Source: Candidatus Poribacteria bacterium
Lineage (GTDB): Bacteria > Poribacteria > WGA-4E > PCPOR2b
Length of the DNA stretch: 64,000 bases
Assembly (NCBI GenBank): GCA_965198175.1
Contig: OZ240245.1
Coordinates: 2,592,001 to 2,656,000, forward strand
Direction: 5' to 3'
Part shown: positions 36,887-46,792 of the stretch, piece after piece
How the letters are laid out: each line of letters starts with the position of its first letter
Position numbering within the stretch: position 1 is the first letter of the stretch
Notes under the pieces: model-generated
What the model was told of the DNA's origin: nothing
What the model saw: the letters and a program-made list of their open reading frames with translations, nothing else
Database searches by the model: none
Translations under genes and position numbers: made by a program

Positions 36887-38816
36887 CTACCAACCCCATT
36901 CGGTGAAATAGGGGAATATTCGATAGACATGCTGCCCCCGTATTTCGCCGAACATTGTCCATAAACTGCCAATGACGTGTTGTCCCAAGATGATGCCGAT
37001 AAAGAACGGCACCATGCGCCGATACAGTTGGATGCCGCCGAACTTCAGAATCGCCCATTTAATCAGCCACGCCACGAAGATTGAGAACCAGATCCCGCCC
37101 ATCATCCAGCCGCAAGCCACGGCATAGCCTACAGGATGGAAAGGAAATCCAAGGAATCGTTGGTGCAGCACACGAAGGACAACTGTAATCACCGCGCCAA
37201 TCCAACGTCGCGGAGCATCGGATAGTTTTGGCTGCGTGGGTGTTTAATCCAAGCGTCCAACATTCCGAAACCGTTGTCGCCGATATTGTGATAGACGTTG
37301 TCCGCGCCGAAGCGGTACATGTTGTCCAGCAGCGCCCAAAAGCCGGCGAACGTTCCCACGATTGAGGCGACAACCATCGCAATCAGGAAATGACGGCTAG
37401 GCGCGTTGAGCAGTTGCGCCATCTTAAAGCCTTCAATCTGATGACCGACCGGATGGGAACGATATGCACGGCACATCCAGAACAGATGGCTGAACATCGC
37501 GATATTCGTGACGCCGATACGGCGTGAGCCAAATACGTTCAAGAGCATCTGATTAGGGCCCATGAACTCGGCATCGTGTGCGGGCGGTCCAATCTCTGCG
37601 CGAATGCGGGCAATAGCCACTGCATAGAGAATGTATACGAGCAGAAAAAGCAAGACGACCCAAGCGGACATGCCGGCGTATCCGAGGAACACGACCAGAG
37701 CGACGACACCGAGGACGATGCCGATGAGTGCAGATCGGTAGCTCATAGGCTCGCTGGCGGCAGTTTCAGGGCTCTTGCCGTGGACAATCTCCGTGAACAC
37801 CTGCTTCAAGTGCGTTCGGGCAGACCATAACGGCAGAATTGCCAAGATTATCCATGCGCCCGCTGTCTGATAACTTCGGAACGGACCTGGCGTTGCCCAG
37901 ATTCCCACCGCATTTCGATACACTAAGTCTGCTTTCCACACAAGGTGGAAAAACCAAGCTGAAAACGCTAGATTCAACGGCAGGAAATAAGCCATCCCGA
38001 CCACGAAGGGATAGACCGCCAACGGCAGCCAACCGACGGCGTTCCACGGCTTTTCGGCAAAGAACCTGCCGAGATTGTAGATGGGCGCGAAATTGGGCGC
38101 GGCGGGCAACAACCCGTGAAGCCCGTTCATAAGGTCAAATGTACCCGCGAGCCCGAATCCGAGCCACAACATTCGATTCGAAAGCAACCCGGTCCCGCCC
38201 TTCGCCATCTCCATCGGCAGTTGGATGACAGGATAGGCTAATTTTTCATTTTCTGTCCACTGTTTTCGGATAATGACATTGATACACGCAATGACGAAGA
38301 AGAGAACTATCAGGAAGCCGCCCCAAGCTAACGCGGGGATTAACCAGGGCTTGAAATGTTCTGAAATATAGAGCGTCGTTTCCCCTTGATGGTATCCTTG
38401 CAGCGCAGTCGCGTCGTAGACGGTTGCCCACTCCGGTACGTGACTGCCGAAAAGCGTCATCCATTCGTTTTCTGGCGTCACGAACCAGAAGCTCGTTAGG
38501 TGTTGAACCATCACGAGCAACAGGTCATGACCAAAAATGCCGGTCGCAATGGCTGTCATCACATAGATGATAAGGAGTTCAACGGGCTGAAGGGCAGCGC
38601 TGGGGACGTATTTGTTGAGGAAGGCGTTGAGCACCAGTAGCAAGAAGAGGGTAAACGTAACGTTGTAAAAAAGAGTGAACAGTGTCGAAAAAAAAGTTGG
38701 TAAATAGTTTCGGCAAGCGTCAGCCAGTAGAGATTAATCGGGATGAGGAGCGCGCCGATAATCAGGGCACGGTAGGATATGGTGGTAGTATTTTCATGTG
38801 TTGATGCAGATTTCAA
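36887..38816 (-). pseudogene. DUF6785/DUF6784 (OPT-like) permease split by two -1 frameshifts
   Basis: Three ORFs collinear with the intact paralog 58550-60457. Breaks lie at the A8 run 38688-38695 and near 37199. Confidence 0.8.
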
Positions 38817-39288
38817 ACATACACCGCCACAAACGATGACAATTTCTACAGCGCGTAGCTTGGGTCGAACGGATACAATCTGTAACGTCTATCATTAACA
38901 ATACGATTTCAGAGGTCAATTCCCATTAAAACCCCACAACCACAGTGAAACCCAACGTTTCATAGTCAGCACCACTGAAGCCAAATCGATCGAGATGTCG
39001 GCAATTCTAGCACACAAATCCACGCTGAACAAGCGAAAAGAACAGGGCAATTGAATCTTATTATTGGGTGTAGGTGAGTCTTCGTGGTTGCCTCACTCTA
39101 GACCGGATGTGCAACGAGTTAGAATGCAAAGAGAAGAGAGGAAATTGGTGATTTGACGATCGAAGATTCTCTAGAATTAGGTGCGATTACCCTAAAGAGT
39201 GTCATTTCTAAACTTGATGTGCCCCAAATCTAATGGTGTGCGGTTTTGCGGAATTCTATTGTATACCCCTGGTAGAGTTTCCAAACAC

Positions 39289-39317
39289 TTGACAAAGCCC
39301 CGACTTCTTGTCATAAT
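39289..39317 (+). promoter_or_regulatory. sigma70-like promoter
   Basis: TTGACA-17 bp-CATAAT. Confidence 0.6.
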
Positions 39318-39336
39318 GGAGTCGTGTAGCAAAGAC

Positions 39337-39508
39337 TAAAGCCAACACATTCAGATACCCCCTGATAAGGGATCAACTGAGCGAATAGCGAAGGATCAAG
39401 CAAACGAATAGTGAGTGCGATAGTCTTCACTAGTTTTGGGGTTGAAAACCCTTTTTGATCGCCGCAAGATTGAACGGTGATGTGTAATTCTTAGTCGCAA
39501 TCACTATA
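39337..39508. mobile_element. Short copy of the MITE-like element at 15162-15662
   Basis: TAAAGCCA, ACACATTCAGATACCCCCTGATAAG, GATCAA modules and ATGTGTAATTCTTAGTCG...CTATA. Confidence 0.55.
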
Positions 39509-39599
39509 CCCCTACTGTTTCGCCCGCTCCAACTGTGCCGGGCAGAGGACGTAGCGGGAGGTTTCATCAACCATAAGCATCATCATAGAGGGAGCAAGT

Positions 39600-42470
39600 A
39601 TGATGCCTAAGATGATAACCAAGATGCTAGTAGCAATCGCGCTGGCGGTGCTAATCGCCGGCACATCGTTCGCGCAGCAAGACTTTTTGTCAGGGCAAAC
39701 ACCGCCCGGCGTGGATTGGCGACAGATCCAATCAGATCGATTCACGATCATTTTCCCCGAGGAGATCACCAACGACGCTCAGCGGTTAGCCAATACGCTC
39801 GAACACACCTACGGCCCCGTCTCCAAAACGCTGCGGGGACCGCAAAAACCACTGGAGGTGGTCCTGACCAACCAAACGACCGTGTCTAACGGTTTTGTCG
39901 GCTTGGCGCCGCGTCGCAGCTTGTGGTCAACCACCCCGGACCAGAACGTTGGCAACTTACCCGGCGAGTGGTTACAATTGCTGGCGCTCCACGAGATGCG
40001 CCACGTGGTGCAGACCGACCGCATGCGCCGGGGCTTTATCCGCTTGTGGTGGGCGCTGTCGGGCGAAACAGGCGAGTCCCTGGTGGGTGGTCTGTTGGAA
40101 CCGAAGTGGTCTTCGGAGGGGGATGCGGTGGGGATCGAGACGGCGCTGAGCGAGAGCGGGCGTGGGCGCATGCCCCAGTTCGATCTGGGCATTCGTGCCC
40201 CGCTTCTGGCGGGACGGCGCTATTCCTACCCCAAAGCCTACCACCTATCGTATCGCGACTGGTATCCCGACCACTACACGCTGGGGTATTTTATGACGAC
40301 CTACGTCAAGCGCCGCTACGGTCCGGAGATGTGGGACAAGGTGATGGGCAGTTTCGCCAACCGGGCGTTCCATCCTTTCGCTTTCAACAGTGCGCTCAAG
40401 AAACACACCGGTGCCAGCACCTCCCAAACCTACGAGCGGACGATGAACGAGTTGACCGAGCTATGGCAGGCGCAGCAAAAAGACCTGCACACAACGCCGT
40501 TGCGGGTGCTCGCCGGGCAGAGCCAGTCGGGCGTATGGACTAACTACAAATATCCGCATTACCTGGCAGACGGCAGCGTGCTGGCGAGCAAGAGCGGCTT
40601 GGCTGACCCGGCGACGCTGATACGGCTGTATCCCGACGGCCGCGAGGAGCGCGTGCGCTTCTACTCACCCCTGGGTGGTATTCGCGCAGCCGGCGGCAAA
40701 ATAGCTTGGAACCGTTTTATCCCGGATGTGCGCTGGGGCCGTCGCGACTATTCTGACGTGGTGGTGCTGGACATTGCCAGCGGCCGGATCCGCCGACTCA
40801 CCCACAAAGCCAAGTTGTTCGCGCCCGCTCCTTCGCCCGATGGCACACGCCTCGCCGCCATTGGATTCGGACCGGACCGGCGCTGCAACTTGGTGCTGTT
40901 GGAAACAGCCAGTGGCGTGGAGCAGGCGCGTTTCCCAGCCCCCGACGGGGTGTATTGGCGCACGCCGGCGTGGTCGGAGGACGGGTGCCATATCGCTGTC
41001 GTGCGGCAGGACGCACGCGGCAACGCGCTTGAGCGCATTGATGCTGTCGATGGCGAGGGGCAGATTGTGTTGCCGCACACCCACGACGAGATTGGCTGGC
41101 CGATTTTCTGGGGTTCCTACCTGCTTTTCGACTCGCCCTATTCGGGTATCGACAATATCCACGCTGTCCACCTATCGAGCGGGGCACACTACCAGGTGAC
41201 CTCTCGACCGCTGGCTGCCACCCATGTGTCCGTGGACGGCGATTCGCTCCTGTTCGAGGAATACACGCTTGATGGCTACCGCATCGCGGTCATGCCCCTA
41301 GACCCGGCGACCTGGACACCGATCGAGCAGGTCGTGGATCGCCGTGTACGCTATTACGAACCACTGATCGACCAAGAGCAAGGCGGCAGCGTGTTGGCGG
41401 ACATCCCGCAGCAGGTCTACCCGGTACGCCGCTATCGACCACTAGGCCATCTGCTCAAGATCCACAGCTGGGCTCCTCGGACAGACGGGGCAAACCACTC
41501 CCTCAAACTCACATCGAGCGATTTGCTCGATCTCAGCAGCCTGAGCAGCGGGGTCGAATACAATAGCAACGAGCACGCCTTCAGCGTCTTGGGGGATTTC
41601 AGCTTGTCGGCGTGGTATCCCATTTTCAGCGTGGGTGGACGCTGGGGCAAGCGGATCGGAGTCTACGAGATCGAAGAGGAAGATGACACCAAATATGACT
41701 CTGACATAAAGGAAGTCACTGACAAGTGGACCGAAAAGAGTCTGCATGCCAGCGTCGAAGTGCCCTTGAATTTATCCCGTGGCCCCTGGAGTTCTTCCGC
41801 CAATTTGAGCGTAACGGCAAAGTTGACCGATATCACCGACGAGGACGACCCAAACCATCCCGATTCAAGCGCCTTGTTCGAGGAAAAGCTGAACGGACGT
41901 TTTGCGCCGCTGTCCTACCAGCTCGCCTTATCTCGGTCGCGCCACAAGGCAAAGCGCGACCTGGCTCCCGCCTGGAGCCAGAGCTTGCAACTGACCTACC
42001 GCCACACCCCTTTTCCGGGCGACCACGACGTCACCTTGCTGTCAGGCCGGCTGGGGTTGACCTTTCCCGGTCTCTGGGCTCACCACAGCCTGCGGCTGAA
42101 GGGTACTTACGAGTGGCAAGATGATGCCAATCTCTACCGTTTTGCGAGCGAACAGGTCTTTGTCCGCGGCTACGACTACCACTTCCATCGCCACTTTTAT
42201 CAGGGGTCAGCCAACTATGCATTGCCGCTGTTCTACCCGGACTGGAACTTGGGGGCGTTGGTGTACGTCCAGCGTGTCAAGTCCAACTTTTTTTACGATT
42301 TCGGCTTGGGAAAGGACGGCTCTCAGCGCACCACCTACCAAACGGCGGGTGCCGAGCTTACCTTCGATTTCCACCTGTTATTCCCACTGGATATGGGCGC
42401 GAGGTACAGCTACCGTTTTGACGAGCGAAATTCACGCTTTGAAGCGGTCATCAATATCCCAGAGTTTTGA
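39600..42470 (+). CDS. Outer-membrane protein: HExxH metallopeptidase-like domain, TolB/PD40 propeller and probable beta-barrel
   Basis: Signal peptide; HEMRH...SEGDAV; PAPSPDG and PAWSEDG; aromatic-rich C-terminal strands ending in F. Confidence 0.75.
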   Translation: MMPKMITKMLVAIALAVLIAGTSFAQQDFLSGQTPPGVDWRQIQSDRFTIIFPEEITNDAQRLANTLEHTYGPVSKTLRGPQKPLEVVLTNQTTVSNGFVGLAPRRSLWSTTPDQNVGNLPGEWLQLLALHEMRHVVQTDRMRRGFIRLWWALSGETGESLVGGLLEPKWSSEGDAVGIETALSESGRGRMPQFDLGIRAPLLAGRRYSYPKAYHLSYRDWYPDHYTLGYFMTTYVKRRYGPEMWDKVMGSFANRAFHPFAFNSALKKHTGASTSQTYERTMNELTELWQAQQKDLHTTPLRVLAGQSQSGVWTNYKYPHYLADGSVLASKSGLADPATLIRLYPDGREERVRFYSPLGGIRAAGGKIAWNRFIPDVRWGRRDYSDVVVLDIASGRIRRLTHKAKLFAPAPSPDGTRLAAIGFGPDRRCNLVLLETASGVEQARFPAPDGVYWRTPAWSEDGCHIAVVRQDARGNALERIDAVDGEGQIVLPHTHDEIGWPIFWGSYLLFDSPYSGIDNIHAVHLSSGAHYQVTSRPLAATHVSVDGDSLLFEEYTLDGYRIAVMPLDPATWTPIEQVVDRRVRYYEPLIDQEQGGSVLADIPQQVYPVRRYRPLGHLLKIHSWAPRTDGANHSLKLTSSDLLDLSSLSSGVEYNSNEHAFSVLGDFSLSAWYPIFSVGGRWGKRIGVYEIEEEDDTKYDSDIKEVTDKWTEKSLHASVEVPLNLSRGPWSSSANLSVTAKLTDITDEDDPNHPDSSALFEEKLNGRFAPLSYQLALSRSRHKAKRDLAPAWSQSLQLTYRHTPFPGDHDVTLLSGRLGLTFPGLWAHHSLRLKGTYEWQDDANLYRFASEQVFVRGYDYHFHRHFYQGSANYALPLFYPDWNLGALVYVQRVKSNFFYDFGLGKDGSQRTTYQTAGAELTFDFHLLFPLDMGARYSYRFDERNSRFEAVINIPEF

Positions 42471-42655
42471 GCCGACACCGAGACCCGCCTGCCCGCCATC
42501 ATGACAAAGTTCGACGATTCGGTTTGGCACTGAAGGCTTTTTTTAGAATTGAGGATTATTGTTTAGGACTTATGCAAACAATAGGTCCCGACCGGGAAAT
42601 CGCTCCTACAAGGACCTACACCGTTGAAGATAAGGCTTGCCATAAACCACGCCAT

Positions 42656-44215
42656 ATTATTGACCGCCTGTATCAAGGCACAGCCATTCCGGCAGAGAAT
42701 CCGATACCGCCTACACTCTGGAGTTACGACGATACTATTGAAGATTACGAACACAATCCGGAACTGGCGAAGCAACTTCTCGTTGAGGCGGGCTTTCCCG
42801 ACGGGTTTGAGACAACACTCTGGGCATTGCCGGTCCCGCGTCCGTACATTCCAGACGGAATGGCGCTTGCAGAAGCGCTCCAATCCGACCTCCGGGAGGT
42901 TGGGGTCGAGACGACAATCGTAACTTACGACTGGGGGACATACCTTGAGAAGACCGAAAATGGCGAGCATGATATGGCGATGTTAGGGTGGATTGTCTCC
43001 GATGGCGATCCGGACAGCTTTTTCTACTATCTGTTGAGCAAGACTTACGCTGAGAAGCCCGCGTTTAATATCGCCTTCTATCGGAGCGATGAGATGCAGG
43101 ATGTCCTAGATCGAGCCAGAATCAGCACTGATCGCGCGGAACGAACTGAACTTTACCGGCAAGCACAAGCGATATTCCACAGAGACGCGCCGTGGGTGCC
43201 TTTGGCACATGCACAACGGCTATTGGTTGTCGACAGGAGGGTAAAGAATCTTAGGCTTGCGCCAACAGGATGGAAGTACCTTCGTAATTTATTGCTAGCA
43301 GAAGAAGATAGGGCCTCCGTTTACATCGCGTCCCTAACTCAGGGGCTCAACATGCTCTCCGTTCCTCTGAAACCCGACACACCAATAAACGCTCGGTCAT
43401 TGGCAGATATGGTCGGTGCAACAGCGGTCATTACCCTCGACGCCGTCAACCAACGATTTGTCGGTTGGACGCCCGAGGCACCCGACGACGGATTTGCAAT
43501 TGAAGGCGCAAAAGGTTACATCGTCAACCTCTCATAAGCCCAAGAGGTCTCCTTTGTTGGGACGGCGTGGACAAATTATCCAAAAGTCGCAGCAGCGCCG
43601 AACCCAACGTTGGACACCGACACTTGGGCGTTCGTTGTCAGCGGGCACTTAGAAAGCAATCGAAACCTTGACGGTTATTTCGTCACGGTACGAAACTTGA
43701 CGACGGGTAACATCATGGCAGGTCGTATTCGAGATGGCTACTTCGCCGCAGCCACCGCGAATCTCGCTCGCCAGAGCGTGGTACACGCTGGCGATGCCTT
43801 AGAAGTTACCGTTACTGACACAACGGGTGAAATGGCATCGGAGACTTTCACTTTCGCGGTAACACCCGATGCCCTCCTAAACGCGGTACTGCCGGTAATA
43901 CTTGATAGCGTTGGGGTACCGAAGGAGAGCGTTTTGTTACAGAACTATCCGAACCCGTTCAACCTTGAGACGTGGATTCTGTATCATCTTTCAGAGGCGG
44001 GTGATGTGACGGTATCAATATACGATGCGACTGGGAATCGGATACGGACGATGTCGTTAGGGTTCCAGCCAGAGGGTTACTATCATAGCCGTTCTCGTGC
44101 CGCCTATTGGGACGGTCGAAACAACTTGGGCGAGCAGGTACCGAGTGGAATCTACTGCTATCACCTGTCCGCCGTCGATTATTCCGCTACGCGAAGGATG
44201 GCGATTGTCAAGTAG
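42656..44215 (+). pseudogene. 5'-truncated family-5 peptide solute-binding protein fused to Poribacteria-type C-terminal domains, with an internal nonsense codon
   Basis: DppA-like C-half (ELAKQLLVEAGFPDGF, PRPYIPDG), then GLNMLSVPLKP; in-frame TAA at 43535 continues AQEVSFVGTAWTN into NYPNPFN...RRMAIVK. Confidence 0.8.
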
Positions 44216-44239
44216 CACATCACGGTTTGGAGTGGCAAG

Positions 44240-44728
44240 TCAACCACCTAGCTTGACTCGTGCCCAGAGCATTAGGCGCTTTGCTTTTGGGCGGACAGAC
44301 GAAGTTTTTTCGACGGGGTGCCCCGCCTGCTGCCATGCGTAAAAACCACCCAATAGCACCGCCACATTCTCCCTCTTGAAGCCGAATTTATCAATTAGCG
44401 TACGTGCCGCACGGACACTTGTGGCTTCAGCCGGTCAGCTTCAGTATAGAACGAGCAGCGGATGCTGCTTGAGTTCCTGATGCCTCTCAGGTATATCGGA
44501 AATCGGCATGGAGATGGCCTTTGGAAGATGACCGTTATCGAAAGCTCCTTTGATACGGACATCCACAATCGCCACCTCATCCCCTGCATCCAATCGAGCT
44601 TTGAGATCGGCGACCGTAATCCGCTGCACATCCTTAGGAGGCGCTTGAGCGAAAGATAGCGTCGCGAAAGACGACTGAAGGAGAAGGAAGGTCGAAAAGA
44701 CAAATATACACCTGTTCGTTCGTTTCAT
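44240..44728 (-). CDS. Secreted rhodanese-like protein, candidate selenoprotein with Sec-x-Sec
   Basis: Signal peptide; IVDVR...GHLPKA; LVLY-TGA-S-TGA-PAEATSVRAARTL...VAVLLGGFYAWQQAGHPV in one frame; terminal TGA at 44240. Confidence 0.85.
44404..44418 (-). promoter_or_regulatory. Candidate bacterial SECIS apical hairpin
   Basis: GUG(U)CC-GUGC-GGCAC; G-starting loop 22 nt after the second UGA and 28 nt after the first. Confidence 0.4.
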
Positions 44729-45017
44729 CGGTTTTTCTCCAATCTTGCATTTGTCATGAAGATGGTTTGCACACGTTGTCGCTTCCATCGGAGAATCCTC
44801 CCCCTTGCTAAGGGGGAGCTAGAGGGGGTCGTGTGCATTGCACTCGTGCTAAATCCAACCGCTGGTCTGAATTTGGAAATCTAGACCAAGCGAGAAATAG
44901 TCAACAGTGTCCAGCATTTCCTTGACTAATACAGTTTTTCTCCAATCTTTGGGTACTTGTAATTTTAAGATGTTCATCCCTTCGGTGTCAAGTGGTTCTC
45001 TAGCGGCCGTGAATTCA

Positions 45018-46604
45018 TCAGCCACCCATCTCTCCAGTCATCAAGAGCCCGATTTTAGGTCGCTCATCTCGAAACTGTGTCGCATCCGTCAGTTTGCCGT
45101 CGTACATAACAAGGATTCGGTCGCTCAAAGCCAACACCTCGTCTAACTCTGTCGAGATGAGTAATACAGCGCGGTTATTCCGCCGCTGCTCAAGAAGTTG
45201 CTGCTGCACATAGTCCGCCGCACTGATATCCAGACCGCGCGTTGGATTGACCGCAAGAAGCAATTCCGGCGCTTGTGAGAGTTCCCGAGCAATGAGGACC
45301 TTCTGTTGATTCCCGCCCGATAAAGATTTGACTAATGTGTTCCGATCGGTCGTCCGCACGTCATATCGCCGGATTAGCTCATCGGCGTCGGCATTGATGC
45401 GTTTTCGATCCAAGAACGGGCTCCAGCCCTTGAGTGATTTTGAACCGTTCAATGGCTTGCGTCGATAGTTGCCGAGCTGCTGGATGTTGAGAATCAGGTT
45501 TTCCGCGATTGTGAAATTGAGAATAAGTCCAGCGGTCTGGCGATCCTCAGGGACATATCCATATTTCAGTAGGCGAATCTGATTTGACGGCAAGTTCGCT
45601 ACTGATCGCCCCTTGAAACAGATGCCGCCGCTACGTGACTTCCGCAGCCCCATTATCGCCTCTGCGAGTTCCATCTGTCCGTTGCCGTCAACACCGGCGA
45701 TTCCAACAATCTCACCCGCTCTCACCTCAAGTGAGCAACCATCAACAGCAATCTGAACTCGATGCCCAACGACAGTCAAGTCTCGGATTTGAAGATATGC
45801 GTCCCCCGAAACATGGGGTTCACGCTTAATCTGCGGCAGGTCATGCCCGACCATGTGCTGCGCCAGCGCACGCGGGGATGCATCTGCCACATCTGTCGTC
45901 ACGACCCGTTTGCCGCGTCGCAACACGGTGATTCGATCACTGATCTCCATGACCTCTTTGAGCTTGTGGCTGATGAAGATTGTCGAGTGCCCTTCGGTCT
46001 TGAGGCGGCGCAGGACAGAAAAGAGTTCGTTCGCTTCTTGGGGGGATAGCACAGCAGTCGGCTCGTCGAGGACTAGGATTCGCGACTTAGAGGAAGTGTT
46101 ACTCGCTGCCTCCCCCAGAACGGCAAGAGCTGGATTGACAAGCGCCTTGAGAATCTCGACACGTTGTTGCAGCCCCACCGACAATTGCCAAATTTTAGCG
46201 CGTGGATCGATCAAAAATCCGTAACGCTGGGAAAGTTCGTGCACCAGTTCCTCGACTACTCGCCGCCGTAAGCGGAATTTACCGCCTCTCAAACTATGCG
46301 CAATGTTTTCCGCAACGCTCAACGTGGGAACCAACGTAAAGTGTTGGTGTACCATGCCAATCCCGTGTGCGATTGCTGTGTTGGGCGAATCAATGAGGAC
46401 AGATTTTCCATCAATCCAAATCTCTCCTGCATCGGGTCGGCACAAGCCGAAAATTGCGTTCATGAGTGTCGACTTACCCGCTCCATTTTCACCCAGTACC
46501 GTATGAACCTCACCCCGGCGCAACGTAAAGTCCACCCGATCGACGGCGAGGTTCTTTCCAAATGCCTTGGTGATGCCGCGAAGCTCAAGAGCGAATGCTG
46601 TCAA
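45018..46604 (-). CDS. Sugar/nucleoside ABC transporter ATP-binding protein (CUT2, two ATPase domains)
   Basis: GENGAGKST, LDEPTAVL and LSGGNQQK. Confidence 0.92.
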   Translation of the reverse strand: MTAFALELRGITKAFGKNLAVDRVDFTLRRGEVHTVLGENGAGKSTLMNAIFGLCRPDAGEIWIDGKSVLIDSPNTAIAHGIGMVHQHFTLVPTLSVAENIAHSLRGGKFRLRRRVVEELVHELSQRYGFLIDPRAKIWQLSVGLQQRVEILKALVNPALAVLGEAASNTSSKSRILVLDEPTAVLSPQEANELFSVLRRLKTEGHSTIFISHKLKEVMEISDRITVLRRGKRVVTTDVADASPRALAQHMVGHDLPQIKREPHVSGDAYLQIRDLTVVGHRVQIAVDGCSLEVRAGEIVGIAGVDGNGQMELAEAIMGLRKSRSGGICFKGRSVANLPSNQIRLLKYGYVPEDRQTAGLILNFTIAENLILNIQQLGNYRRKPLNGSKSLKGWSPFLDRKRINADADELIRRYDVRTTDRNTLVKSLSGGNQQKVLIARELSQAPELLLAVNPTRGLDISAADYVQQQLLEQRRNNRAVLLISTELDEVLALSDRILVMYDGKLTDATQFRDERPKIGLLMTGEMGG

Positions 46605-46792
46605 CCTGAAGTTCTCCCCTTTAAAATTACGACTATGATCCCTAATCCCAGAGCTGTTTTCTTACGTCCAAGATTCTGCCTATGAGCCCAGATCTCGATT
46701 CAATCATACCAGACTTGGGTGTGGCTTCTAACAAAAAGTAAGCCTAAATGCCAGGGCAACTACATGTGTTTTTTGTGATTCACAACTCTCCA

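Noticed and set aside
43535..43537. Recoded stop in the solute-binding fusion
   Set aside because: It is TAA, not TGA or TAG, at no evident catalytic position, and the gene is also 5'-truncated; a simple nonsense mutation is more likely.
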